Shown: in pieces, positions 11,280-21,821 of the stretch
Layout of the letters: each line of letters begins with the position of its first letter
Numbering within the stretch: position 1 is the stretch's first letter
DNA from: an uncultured Nitrososphaeraceae archaeon
Lineage (GTDB): Archaea; Thermoproteota; Nitrososphaeria; Nitrososphaerales; Nitrososphaeraceae
Assembly (NCBI GenBank): GCA_963765895.1
Contig: CAVXZB010000084.1
Span: 352,001 to 416,000, forward strand
DNA: 64,000 nucleotides
Direction: 5' to 3'
Notes under the pieces: generated by a model
What the model saw: the letters and a program-made list of their open reading frames with translations, nothing else
Told to the model about the DNA's origin: nothing
The model's database searches: none
Made by a program: the position numbers and the translations under genes

Positions 11280-11755
11280 CTATGGGTATGACAGCATTAT
11301 ATGATGTAGCAGTATACGCTAAGTCTTGCAACTACTACAAATCAATATAATAGTACATTCCACTCTTGTTTTGACACATTTGTTGTTCCTGGATCAGTAA
11401 ACGGCTATGGAATTGAGCCCCATAACTCTTATAGTTTCAAACCTGGCGAAAAGATTTCCCCCTGTGTGGAACCTGTAGGCTTTTCATATAAACTAATAAA
11501 ATCACTTAATTTGATGAGTTTTACTGCTGATCTTTTAGTTTCAGATAAGACTGGTCATATACTTACAGGGTTTTCAAAATCTGCCAATCTACAATAATCT
11601 CTCATCACAAAAATAAGGACTCAATTTTGACTGTAAGCATGACTCAGACAAGTCTATTTCAGGTTGGAGATTATGTATTGAAATACATCATACATGATGC
11701 TGTGTCTGGAAACAATTTTAGTATAGTAAAGAATATCAAAATAGCTAACATTTGA
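11280..11755 (+). pseudogene. Decayed secreted-protein gene
   Basis: Fragments FDTFVVPGSVNGYG...FKPGEKI..VEPVGFSY and IISHHKNK...GDYVLKYIIHD...IVKNIKI separated by frameshifts. Confidence 0.55.
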
Positions 11756-11937
11756 AGGGATTTGATAGTATGTTTAGAATAGGTTTTAAAGTGTGTTACA
11801 TCATTGATGTTGAGTTTCTGAATAAATAGATATACAGGGCGCGCAATCTGAAATCAAATATGTGACACAAAGATATAAGCAGCCTTGGTGCAATTGTATG
11901 GTGGTCACACTTTTTACTAGAATAAGGCGGAATGTAC

Positions 11938-13659
11938 TTAATTAAATATCAAGCGCTCGGATTGTAAACTGTCTCTCGCCTGTTCAAGCTTATTCTTAGT
12001 AACACTATTTGCTATGCTATTCAACCTGGAGATCATAATGTCTATAGATCTAATTACAGAATATTTTAGTTCATCAGGATCGATGAACTGACCTCGTGTT
12101 GCTTTAATCAGGGGGGAAAATTCGGCCGAACTACCGATCTTGTGAAATAAGTCCAATTGCTTAGCGACTTCGAGATGAAGAGATTGGACTAGTCCTTTGA
12201 CTTTCTCACCCGTATGTACTAATTGCTGTTCAGAGTTTCGCATTTTTTTAATCGAGGAATTAGTTGCACAATTGAACCCGTCTTCAGCCGCATGCGAGAG
12301 GGTTTGAATTGCTTGTTTGAACTGTTGTAAGTTATCTTGCATTATGCCAGTCATTATGTCGATCCGTTTTCTGTGTTGGTCATTTTTCCTATCTAGGGCC
12401 TCTGTTTCAGATTTTAATGTCTGTACCTTCGAATATATTGAATTGTACGCAGATTTGATATTGGCGTATTGTGCTAGGTCGTTGCTGATTGCAGAGATAT
12501 CTAATTTGCTTTCCTTGTATATTTGTGTACATTGTACTATGTTTTCTTGTGTAACTCCATATTCCATCAGTTCAGTGAGGGTATCTAGAACATTCTTTTT
12601 CTTGGCATACTCTAATGAAATATGGCGAAGCTCTTGTTGGTATTTTTGCAACTGCTCATTCATATTGGCTATTCTTCCTTCGAAGCCTAATTTCTTATCA
12701 TATTGTCCTTCTATGTCTCTGATAAGCTTCTTAAATGCAAAATACGGTCCAAGGTTATTATGACACGCCGAAATCTCATAAACGGTATTCCTTAACAAAC
12801 CAAGCTCCTTTAATCCAATACCGTTTCTTTCAAGTTCGCCATATAGTCCAAAACTCATTCTATGAGAGTCCAATTTTTCCTCACATTTGGCGCATTCTTC
12901 TGTATCTTTCCTCAATTTTTCTTCTTTTTTAGTAATGGAAATTTGTAATTTGTCCTCTCTTATCTGCAATGACTCAATTGAAGAAAGCTTCTCTGTGATC
13001 GTTATGGGTTCATATCCGTTATATTGTAACTCATGAAGCACTTTAACAAGCTTGGGAACTTTCGACTCTTCAAAAGATAGTCCAAACTTACTTAGGAGCA
13101 TCTTTAGCTGTATAAAGTTGTCAATAGCACTACTAGTCATCTTGCTCCTTTCTAATGCTTCGTCTCTTTCTTCTTGGGCATTTGTTTTCTCTTCTCTTAA
13201 TCTTTTCAGTTCGTTTTCTAGCCTCTCTACCTCTACACTTAGCTTCTTAATGTGGTCCGGGAGTTGTAAAATCGAACGTGATCCTCGTATAGAGATTATC
13301 TGTTGAGACGTCTCCACAATTTCATGAGGTGCTATGTTACATTCCCGACACTGCCGGTATACCTTGTTTACAAATGATTCTAAACTTTCATCGTCTAATC
13401 CTAGTTTTGCTATTAGATTGAATAATCTATAACCCGATGCACATTCAGAAGTATTGATGCCTGACCTACGTAACTCTGTTGCAAACTGTCTGAGAGTATC
13501 AGCATCTGGTGTCCCGATGTTATTTTTCCACTCTAAAATTATTGCACTGACGGTACCAGTGCCTATTTGTATATCGCCAGCGATCTTATCCCTTTGATCG
13601 CCCTGAAGCCATCGATGCACAACATCATCCTTTATATTTTCAGAGATCTGTTCCCTCAT
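11938..13659 (-). CDS. N-terminal HTH plus long coiled-coil protein
   Basis: WLQGDQRDKIAGDIQIGTGTVSAII HTH; several heptad-rich segments over 573 aa. Confidence 0.8.
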   Translation of the reverse strand: MREQISENIKDDVVHRWLQGDQRDKIAGDIQIGTGTVSAIILEWKNNIGTPDADTLRQFATELRRSGINTSECASGYRLFNLIAKLGLDDESLESFVNKVYRQCRECNIAPHEIVETSQQIISIRGSRSILQLPDHIKKLSVEVERLENELKRLREEKTNAQEERDEALERSKMTSSAIDNFIQLKMLLSKFGLSFEESKVPKLVKVLHELQYNGYEPITITEKLSSIESLQIREDKLQISITKKEEKLRKDTEECAKCEEKLDSHRMSFGLYGELERNGIGLKELGLLRNTVYEISACHNNLGPYFAFKKLIRDIEGQYDKKLGFEGRIANMNEQLQKYQQELRHISLEYAKKKNVLDTLTELMEYGVTQENIVQCTQIYKESKLDISAISNDLAQYANIKSAYNSIYSKVQTLKSETEALDRKNDQHRKRIDIMTGIMQDNLQQFKQAIQTLSHAAEDGFNCATNSSIKKMRNSEQQLVHTGEKVKGLVQSLHLEVAKQLDLFHKIGSSAEFSPLIKATRGQFIDPDELKYSVIRSIDIMISRLNSIANSVTKNKLEQARDSLQSERLIFN

Positions 13660-13699
13660 TTAGTAAATGAATATTCTGCGTGCATGTGGCTTATAAGGC

Positions 13700-13761
13700 T
13701 TCGTCAGAGTCGTCAATATGAGTCGTCAGATTGAGTGTCATATTCGATGTCGATTTCGTCA
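13700..13761. repeat. Cluster of TCGTCA direct repeats upstream of the HTH/coiled-coil gene
   Basis: TCGTCA at 13701, 13710, 13723, 13756 and TGTCA at 13736, next to TTATAA at 13691. Confidence 0.55.
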
Positions 13762-14388
13762 CAGAATCTTTGTTGATCACAAGCACGATAGTAGCAGTAT
13801 AGAAAACAGCTACGGATTTATCATCAACTATCAATATTAGGCCTTGATGCGCTCTGAAACAAGTTGTATTTAACGATATAGTTCAATTTGTGATGTCCTG
13901 AGCCTCGCTATGGTTGGTCCTATCAGATGACAATCTATTTCATGATACCCGTAATTAACTATAAACTTCTATTCATTAACATAATTTCGTCTAGTCAATC
14001 AACTCATCTTCTATCTGTTTACTGCCTTGTCGTTACACATAATTATATTAAGCAGTATTTCACTAATAGACATAGCACAGTCTCCGTAAGAAGGAACATT
14101 TAACAGCGCCTTCAGATGGGAACATACTAAATATAATAGAGGCACATGGGGGATCAATCTCGGGCAAGAATAATATAGATAAAAAAAAGAATCTACCTTT
14201 TACTTTAGGCTTCCGTTACAACGAAAACCAATTGAAGAGATTGAACCAAATACTACTACAAACCAAGATACTATATCCTAAAAGGTAATAACTTCTGCTA
14301 GATTAAGGATAAATTGAAAATCCCGAAGTAATAGCTACGTATATCGTCTACTGGCTGGCATAGCTCGGATAGTATTGAGGTTCTTCAT

Positions 14389-15336
14389 GGCTATGTAGAA
14401 AACATCATCAATATTACAAGATTAGTCAGTCTATGCATATTGTAGGTGATACATCTAAATGATAACTCTCTGTTCTGCATTCTAGTCAATCTAGACATAA
14501 GATGCTCTCCAAATAGTCGTTTTATGACTGATATTATGGTTTCATCTTTGTTTCGTTGATTGTACAGCAATTTGGAGTAACCACGCTTCATCTGCTTTCT
14601 GTACTTACCATGTGTTCTCCACATCGGTACATGTTCATATCGAGCAGGAATAATACTGAATGCATGTAAGTCCTCTCTTACGAGAAGGTGATTATCTTCA
14701 CTATCGTAACCCTTATCAGCTGTAACTACAGATAATGGAAGAATATTTGATGTCCTTGTTATAATTGGCCTGAAATCTACATTATCATGCCTTGTTGGAG
14801 CTCGTCTTATCTTAATTGTACATATGATTTGTTGTAATACATCTACTCCAATAGATAATTTCGCATATTTTCTTCTCAATTCTGTTCGATCAGTATAATA
14901 TTGTGATGCATGAGTTATCTTAAATCCTGTTGAATCTATTCCTGCAAAGATATGCTTGGTACCACTAATTACAATGAATGACGAAATTATCTTTTCAAGC
15001 AATGAATTATTGATTCTATCTGTAAACTTTTGCAATGTTGTAAAATGAGGAATACGTGACAACCGTAGAAATGACCTTAGGTAATAGGCTTCAATTAACC
15101 ACTCGACAAACATTCTATAACTCTTACCTTCATACTGTCGTATAGCAACTAGAACTATGTGCTGCCATATTGTAAATATGTGATTACTTTTCCTGTTAGA
15201 AAATAGAGGAATCCTTGCATGCTTCAAAACACGGAACATAGTACCTGCAAGTCTGACGTACATTGATTCTTTCAATAGACTATTGGTATTATACTCTTAC
15301 AAAGCTTTGACTGTATGAGATGGTTTCTACACAGCC
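14389..15336 (-). mobile_element. IS5-family (IS903-like) insertion sequence, 948 bp
   Basis: TIRs GGCTATGTAGAAAACATC (14389-14406) and GATGGTTTCTACACAGCC (15319-15336), 16/18 match; 9-bp TSD GTTCTTCAT at 14380-14388 and 15337-15345. Confidence 0.92.
14391..15275 (-). CDS. IS5-family DDE transposase
   Basis: IDSTG, ADKGYD and YNQRNKDETIISVIKR DDE motifs; stop codon lies within the TIR. Confidence 0.92.
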   Translation of the reverse strand: MKESMYVRLAGTMFRVLKHARIPLFSNRKSNHIFTIWQHIVLVAIRQYEGKSYRMFVEWLIEAYYLRSFLRLSRIPHFTTLQKFTDRINNSLLEKIISSFIVISGTKHIFAGIDSTGFKITHASQYYTDRTELRRKYAKLSIGVDVLQQIICTIKIRRAPTRHDNVDFRPIITRTSNILPLSVVTADKGYDSEDNHLLVREDLHAFSIIPARYEHVPMWRTHGKYRKQMKRGYSKLLYNQRNKDETIISVIKRLFGEHLMSRLTRMQNRELSFRCITYNMHRLTNLVILMMFST

Positions 15337-15613
15337 GTTCTTCATATAAGTCTCTTCCTTGTGCTACTTAAGTCTTGGTTAATACCTTCCAAGAAGTATC
15401 GAGTTTCCAACACAGTTATCGAGCTCATTGCCATACCCAGCCCGGTGAGCATGATAAGCCATTCAAATACTTCAACACCAGTAAATGGTACTAATACTGA
15501 TATTCTCTGCAATTTGGACGAGGGCAAGTATTATAAAAAGTGTATAGTGATAAAAATAAATAGGACTTTTCCAGTATAGGTTATGTTATGCATTATCTAC
15601 GCTATGTTCTGCC

Positions 15614-15921
15614 TTAGCCTACGCCGCCTAAATTCTCAACGGTGTTTGTAGAGTTATCGTTGCAGGATGCACTAATGGCAGAAGATGCACCAGCAGTTTT
15701 CACAATCTCCATGTTGAGTAGTCTGGGTTGGTAGCGAAATACCTGAGCCAGTTGATGTGCCTGGGTCACCGCCTCCGTTGCCGCCGGCAATAGTAAGTGT
15801 TTGAATATTTTGTGCTGGAGCAGGCTATGTTACTAATGCTGCGACAGTGCCTGTTACTACCAATATAGGCACCAGCTGCTATTATGAGTAATTTATAAGA
15901 CGTTGTGCAGTTTATTATCAT
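15614..15921 (-). pseudogene. Secreted C-x12-C repeat family member with a nonsense codon and two frameshifts
   Basis: Reconstructs to ...TVAALVT*PAPAQNIQ...SGISLPTQTTQHGDCETAGASSAISASCNDNSTNTVENLGGVG, homologous to 50338..50748. Confidence 0.8.
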
Positions 15922-16031
15922 TTAATTGAACTATATATACTAGCACTATATTTCTGGGTTCGAAACAATTACTAAGCTGTATTTAGCTATGATAATAGAC
16001 TCTTATCTTATTCCTGTTAGTAAATAATATT
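15922..16031 (-). promoter_or_regulatory. Conserved upstream element of the C-x12-C family, diverged copy
   Basis: Minus strand TATTATTTAC-TAACAGGAATAAGATAAGAGTCTATTATCATAGCTAAATACAGCTTA...AGAAATAT. Confidence 0.7.
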
Positions 16032-16418
16032 GTGATATGCTAGAATTGAGTATACGTCTAAATACTAAAGCCTTGGGATTTCTCTTAGCTATACCCTTTG
16101 AACCTCAAAAATCAAATCACGTAATAAAGTAATATTATATTAACCAGAATTCAATATTAGAATTAAGGTTCTGACGACAGTTGTTTCAAATTTACATAGA
16201 GTCCTCATTTTACCAATATTGTATAAATATACAAATATTTAAGTGAATATTATACTATTGATTTTCTGATGTAAGAGTCAACCTCTATAAAATAGTGGCA
16301 TTACAATTTAGTGTTCTCTTTATTATAATTGCGATACCAATTGCAACCTATCAGGTAAGCTAGATACCAATTATGTCATAAAATTGTGAAGATTAGTTTG
16401 TACTTGTTATAGATGGTA

Positions 16419-17009
16419 TTAGGATTCCATTGCGTGAGCTTTCTTCCTTCTGATATAGACCGTGCCTGCTACCCCAGATATAATCGAGACGACAATAAGC
16501 ACGATTACTACTGATACTGAACTAAATGGTTCTGAAGGAGTAAAAAATGACATAAATGGGCTGACGACTGTTATTGGAAAGGTAAAAGTAATGTTTTGGT
16601 TATTATATGATGTATCATATACGTCAACATCTAGTGAGTATATCCCACTCTGATTAAATGTGTATGGAAATGTGAAATGGCCATATGTTACTGATATAGG
16701 ATTTGTTCTTGTTAATTCGGAGCCTCCTTTTGATATTCTGATCACAATTGGAATATCGACCAATTCATCTCCTTCGACGCTCCCAATCCTTAATTGAATT
16801 TTGGAATTTGTATTTACAACTGGATTTTGTGGAAGGGTTTTCATCTCCATATCGTAATTACCTATCCTCTGACGAATTGCGCCTTTAATAGTATCTGCAA
16901 AGACAACCCTTTGTTCCACAAGTGTCATACTTACTAAAAGTAGAAAAAGTAATAAAGACGTCATTGAGGCATACAGGCCAAGTAAATGATTGGGATTCCT
17001 ATAATACAT
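16419..17009 (-). CDS. Secreted Ig-like protein with C-terminal membrane anchor
   Basis: Signal peptide, YTFNQSGIYSLDVDV beta pattern, C-terminal TM plus RRKK. Confidence 0.75.
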   Translation of the reverse strand: MYYRNPNHLLGLYASMTSLLLFLLLVSMTLVEQRVVFADTIKGAIRQRIGNYDMEMKTLPQNPVVNTNSKIQLRIGSVEGDELVDIPIVIRISKGGSELTRTNPISVTYGHFTFPYTFNQSGIYSLDVDVYDTSYNNQNITFTFPITVVSPFMSFFTPSEPFSSVSVVIVLIVVSIISGVAGTVYIRRKKAHAMES

Positions 17010-17045
17010 AACTAACTATAAACATTTATGGAAAAAGAGTTCTTA

Positions 17046-17625
17046 TCACATTTGATCCATAATACCGATGTAGTTATCCACAATCTTGTCTAAAAAGGCA
17101 TCCTTGTATATCACCAATATCTTCTTGACCTCCCTGCTATCAACAATTGTATAATGCTGGGAGCGATCTCCAAGTGACACAGAGATAATTCCTGCGTCCC
17201 GTAACCTATTGAGATGCCAAGATATCGTTGAAGGTGCCTTTCCGCTGTTTTCAACGATTTCGCCAAACTGTACAATGATCGTGTTCTAGTATGAATAGTA
17301 TGAGCTGCCTTGATACCTTGTTTTTCATCTGACCTATCAGATAGGTATCTTCATCAGGAACGCCTGTAAGATAATATCGTGTTATTTTATTTTTTCTTCT
17401 ATCCGCTCTTATTTTTCCTATTCTTTCAAGTATAGAAAGATGATAAGTTAATACACCATTGCCGAGATGAAAAATTCGCAGTAACTCTCTATATCTGACT
17501 CCTGGATTTCGGTCAATACATGCTAGAAGTGATACATCGATGTCATTCCGGAATTCTTGTATAGTATGAGCACCTTGTTCGAGAATATGTATTGATCCGT
17601 TGGAGGGGTCAGATACCAAATTCAT
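17046..17625 (-). CDS. Double winged-helix transcriptional regulator (frameshift near 17270)
   Basis: NPGVRYRELLR...GVLTYHLSILE; continues in another frame as GEIVENSGKAPSTISWHLNRLRDAGII...DNYIGIMDQM. Confidence 0.75.
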
Positions 17626-18039
17626 AATTTCTTATTACTCACCCTAAATACTCCAATTCCAAACAATGTTAACATAGCGAAAAGAATTACATGAGGGCAG
17701 CTCAATCCGCACAACAGGTATAATAATATCCTCAATATTTACTGTTGCGAATAAAAGATAAAGACATTCGATTACCACGAGAGACAAAAAGCCTAATGCC
17801 ATAAATAAGAGCCTGCTGGAACTATTCCTCTTGTAGGCAAGGATGGCCACGATACCCAGGAAAATAGATATGATAAGACTTACCAAGTGAAGTAGAATAT
17901 GGTAGATCATGTAGACATGACCTAGATGTGGCAATATAACCGGGACTGCCAATGCTCCCACTACGACAATTGATATAAGTGCTAGTAGTTTGGGCTTGCT
18001 TTCAATAAAATTAAACGTAGTAGCCCTACTAGATTGCAT
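17622..18039 (-). CDS. His-containing multi-pass membrane protein coupled to the regulator (frameshift near 17695)
   Basis: PHLGHVYMIYHILLH motif; corrected C-terminus ELPHVILFAMLTLFGIGVF ends in an ATGA overlap with the 17625 start. Confidence 0.7.
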
Positions 18040-18074
18040 ACCAAGATATTAGGCCCTATGGCTAATTTAAGCGA

Positions 18075-18092
18075 TATGGTACAAATATCGAA
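18075..18092 (-). promoter_or_regulatory. Putative operator TTCGATATTTGTACCATA
   Basis: Ends 36 nt before the ATG, just upstream of a TATA-like box; homologous sites at 24738 and 25837. Confidence 0.55.
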
Positions 18093-18114
18093 CCCAGAAA
18101 ATGAATGAACTACA

Positions 18115-18510
18115 GACATTCTCTCTGGCTAAAGCACAGAGGCACTAAGGTCTCTTGTTTCTTAGAGTTACCGCTTTAGGCGTATCAGTGCTCGCCTTTC
18201 AATGTATCTAGTCTTTCCACATCGAATTGATCTCTGCCTATAACGCAATAGGATATTGGCTTATCAATATTGAATGACCCGTTAACGTCTGCATGATCAA
18301 CGTGTCCGTCTGAACGTTCAAATTTTTTATCATTCCTTTTGCACATATGTCCGTAGCGGCTGCACATTCAAGAACGATAGCACGGATCGATATATTCAAC
18401 CATTACGCCTTACAGTTTGGCCTTGTACTTTACAAACTTTGAAGTTGATAGAACGACCAACTGTTCAAGGAATATCGGAAGTTTCTTCCATATTTCTTAT
18501 TTTATCTAAT
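18115..18510 (-). mobile_element. tnpB: Degenerate IS200/IS605 remnant (tnpB 3' end and right-end region)
   Basis: FRYSLNSWSFYQL..FVKYKAKL*GVMVEYIDP...CSRYGH...DHADVNGSFNI: RuvC and zinc-finger remnants with stops. Confidence 0.75.
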
Positions 18511-18808
18511 ATTCTGTATTGACAGGCATAGACTTTAATCCAGCTCAGGGTGATGTTATGGCAGGAAACTGCGAACTCTTTTAGTTTAGAAAATAATAAT
18601 TGTTATTTTTAAACTATATGTTGATCGGAGCGTAACGAATATAGAAGAAGAGTTCGAAGGTTCTTTCCTTGTTTTATTTTTATTATCCACATAACTTTAG
18701 CAGATTTTTCTCTTCTCGATAGTAATGCATAGAGAGAGACACATATCAGCAAGTACTATGAATAGAGGGTTATGATGATTATGCCGGTTATGAGGCGTAG
18801 TGTGCCTC

Positions 18809-19261
18809 CTACTTTGCAACATCTTTTTGACCAAAAATCTTACTCGGCTTGACCCTTATTAGTAATTCTCCCTTACCGCTATTTCTTTTACCGTAAACTT
18901 CAGCATTATTTCTTCCCATATATCTCTCTGCTATCTTGGTTGCCCATTTTAAAAGCTCTTCTGGCTGCACGCTTATTTCAGCAATACCCTCTACGATTAC
19001 AAACGAATAAAGTGGAGTTTGATCATCAACAGAGATACTCACTCTATGATCACGCAGAATGTTCTTTGCCTTTAGAGAGGTATGGCCAGTCGTAAAGACT
19101 ATATCTTTAGTGTCTTCATCCAACACAAACCAAACAGGAGCTATATGAGGTCTACCGTCAGCTCTGACGGTTGCAACCTTACCTGTAAAAGTTCCATGTC
19201 TCAGAAAATGATTCAATTCGTCTATGCTCATTTCCATTAACTTCCTCTCGAAATGATACAA
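18809..19261 (-). CDS. PPOX-class F420-dependent oxidoreductase
   Basis: ATVRADGRPHIAPVWF...KAKNILRDHRVSISVDD. Confidence 0.88.
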   Translation of the reverse strand: MYHFERKLMEMSIDELNHFLRHGTFTGKVATVRADGRPHIAPVWFVLDEDTKDIVFTTGHTSLKAKNILRDHRVSISVDDQTPLYSFVIVEGIAEISVQPEELLKWATKIAERYMGRNNAEVYGKRNSGKGELLIRVKPSKIFGQKDVAK

Positions 19262-19319
19262 TCTGAATGTTGCTCTTTTGATTAGCTTTAGAAGCTTTAG
19301 TATAGGTACATATTCAAAT

Positions 19320-19380
19320 TTTCTTCTTCTTCTACTTTCTTCTTCCTCTTTCTTTCTTCTACTTTTACTTCTTCTTCTAG
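19320..19380. repeat. Polypyrimidine (CTT)n-like low-complexity tract
   Basis: TTCTTCTTCTTCTACTTTCTTCTTCCTCTTTCTTTCTTCT... Confidence 0.6.
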
Positions 19381-19562
19381 ACTTTAGTTAATCAGCGTTT
19401 ATGAATCAAAATAAGAAATCACATTTTTGGGCATGCAGAAAAGTATGATAAGCATCAGTACATAAAGAAGATCCAGCGCCCAGCCGGATGCTAGAGTGGT
19501 CTTGAGAAGACACAGATGGCAAATACTTTAATTGTTGATGCATTTCTTCATCTTCAAAACAC

Positions 19563-20279
19563 ATGAATAAATTAAGTACTTGGCTTCCTCCTCTATTCGT
19601 GTTCATATTTTGCTACATATTATATCAAGCTCCTTGTTTATATTTTAATGTCAATGCTCACATTTTTGTTTCTAGTGATGATAACGCCTCATTTCTTACG
19701 TTAATCGAAAGAGTAAGAATAGAAGCGCTGTTAGCAAATGAATCACTTCATTCCAACCTAACTTCGTCCAATGAACATCTAGCTCAGCTATTAGATAGGC
19801 TAGATGATGTTATCGACAATGAGAACTATTTTGTAGTTAAGAGCGAACAATTTAATAATTCTACAGTTGATGCATTGTTCCTGGCTAATATTGTAGATGA
19901 AATATTACAGTACTATGGTGGGGCATACGGAATACTACCAAGTGTCATGTCGAACATGTCCTCAATGTCCGCAATGGCTTCTTCTATGCCGACCAATCTA
20001 GGTATCCATAGCGTTAACGCTAGTCGAGTTTTTGATATAGACAAATATCAAACAGCCAAGCAATATGCAAGCAGGGCGGTAGAAATATTTGATGCAGAAT
20101 TAAAACCTTATGAAACTAAGAAGAATAGTATTGCTGCTGGAGAAGTTGAAAAGTATCTTACAGAATTGAAAAATGCTGTAGACAATAAAGCTCCACCTTT
20201 AGACATAATGATGATAGTCCATACCAAAATACACCCAAACTTGCAATTGGCGTATGATCTCAAGGTTAGAAATAAGTAA
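19563..20279 (+). CDS. Secreted helical protein with N-terminal His and Met-rich loop
   Basis: VNA-HIF...ASFL; MSNMSSMSAMASSM; MMIVHTKIHPNL; paralog of 23868..24701. Confidence 0.75.
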   Translation: MNKLSTWLPPLFVFIFCYILYQAPCLYFNVNAHIFVSSDDNASFLTLIERVRIEALLANESLHSNLTSSNEHLAQLLDRLDDVIDNENYFVVKSEQFNNSTVDALFLANIVDEILQYYGGAYGILPSVMSNMSSMSAMASSMPTNLGIHSVNASRVFDIDKYQTAKQYASRAVEIFDAELKPYETKKNSIAAGEVEKYLTELKNAVDNKAPPLDIMMIVHTKIHPNLQLAYDLKVRNK

Positions 20280-20814
20280 TAAAGCTACGAAATAATCATT
20301 TCATAGATTGCATTGTGTTATTGGTACCTCAGTTGACATCTCCATATAGGACAGCAATATACCGGGCTTGTTTATTACTAGAAGCATTTGCCAAATTCGG
20401 CTTTCCATTCTCTATAGATTCGAGACGTACCTTAGTGTATTGGAATATAGTTCAGGGTTTTTTTTAGAGACTTTTTTTATGAATACATCCACTAAACTAA
20501 AGCCAAGGAATATGTATTTATTGGCATAACCAATCCAGATACTGAAATAAAGTTTTATTTATAGTGTTTTTTCTTAATGTCTCAATCAAGCCGTTGCCAT
20601 TCGTTCATAAAAAGATACGTTGAATTCATCTATATTACAGCCTTCCTCACTGGAGGTTATATTGGCCAATCGAGCATGGTTTTTACCTTTGAACACCAAA
20701 GTGAATTCGAGATGTCAATTAAAGATCTTATATGTAGCCGAAATATAGTGACAATAGGAAATTTGGAATAATTATAACTCTTTTGACAATATACGAATGG
20801 CTCAACAACTGTTC

Positions 20815-21498
20815 TTACAATCCCTCTGGAAATGAATGCTTTGAAGGAATAGAGTTCGGAGGTTTTCCATAAATGACTGCAATCTCATCATGTGCCTTCA
20901 ACTTCACATCCTTGTAATTTATACTGCTGGGTACTTTATTACCATTCACATAAACCATTGGTACTAGTTTTCCTCCTAGGATTTCCTCAAATGAACTAGA
21001 ATTATTCAATTTGCTCTTCCAGATTTGGAAGAATTGACCTAGCGTAAAATCCCTCTTTAACGGTGATTCGATATGTATAATGCCGGTACTATCGTGCGTA
21101 TGCAGCCAGTATATACATTTATCATCAACGATGCCAATTTGTGGAGGAATATAGATAGAGTGACCGTTAACAAAGACGTCAAGATGAGCATGTATATGAA
21201 ACTGCAACTGTTCCATTGTATTGCACGGTATGCCATCTATCGTTAAGCCATTTTGAGAATTTGAATTTATGCCCATAGTAGAATAAACGCCTACACCAGC
21301 ACTGATAGCGAGCAGAATGCCTATAGTAGCTACGATTACTAATTTTTTTGAATGGAGGATTGATCTAGTTTTATCGCGTCCAATCGCCTCCAACTTACTT
21401 GTGTCCTTGTGAGTGGAATCCTTATGTTTTTCCAATGCTTTACTTGAATCAAATGATTTCCCACAAACATCACAGGGTATTGTTTTTTTGTCTACCAT
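20815..21498 (-). CDS. C2H2 zinc finger + TM + extracellular His-rich domain protein
   Basis: CDVCGKSF...LEKHKDSTH; TM; FHIHAHL, CIYWLHTHDSTGIIHIE. Confidence 0.8.
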   Translation of the reverse strand: MVDKKTIPCDVCGKSFDSSKALEKHKDSTHKDTSKLEAIGRDKTRSILHSKKLVIVATIGILLAISAGVGVYSTMGINSNSQNGLTIDGIPCNTMEQLQFHIHAHLDVFVNGHSIYIPPQIGIVDDKCIYWLHTHDSTGIIHIESPLKRDFTLGQFFQIWKSKLNNSSSFEEILGGKLVPMVYVNGNKVPSSINYKDVKLKAHDEIAVIYGKPPNSIPSKHSFPEGL

Positions 21499-21821
21499 CG
21501 ATAATCCCGATCTTTCATCTAGTCTGTATTGAGTAAAATATAGAGGTTATGATATAGCCGTTATTGTTGGTATTGATAGACCGAAAGGTGTAAATCCACT
21601 AAATCATTTTCTGTACAAGGCCTGTTGATTGCATTGCACCATTGGTCTAAATAACATAGTCTGGTTAACTACCAGAGAATATAATGAAAACAAGATATTA
21701 TCAAACTCAAACTTATTCAATTCGCTATATCTTCGAACCTGGTATATTCGTCGAATGTACTTTAAATCGAAGAGCCAATGGAAATCAGGGATACAAAGTA
21801 TCGTAAACATAATATACGAAT

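Larger units (their letters stand above)
14349..15505 (-). pseudogene. Decayed 3' fragment of a copA paralog, split by the IS
   Basis: VLVPFTGVEVFEWLIMLTGLGMAMSSITV-GNSILLGRY matches the CopA C-terminus ILVPFAGVGIFGWLPMLAGLAMAMSSVTVVGNSILLGRY; similarity continues past the TSD (KNLNTI vs KNLKTI). Confidence 0.75.

Noticed and set aside
12317-13306. Short plus-strand ORFs inside 11938..13659 (and similar antisense ORFs throughout)
   Set aside because: Antisense shadows of well-supported genes
15342-15527. 61-aa ORF as a real gene
   Set aside because: It is a frameshifted remnant of the copA 3' end
7123-15830. Several in-frame TAG codons as evidence of amber recoding
   Set aside because: Explained by single transitions (for example CAG to TAG) in decayed genes; TAG is a normal stop elsewhere; no pyl genes seen
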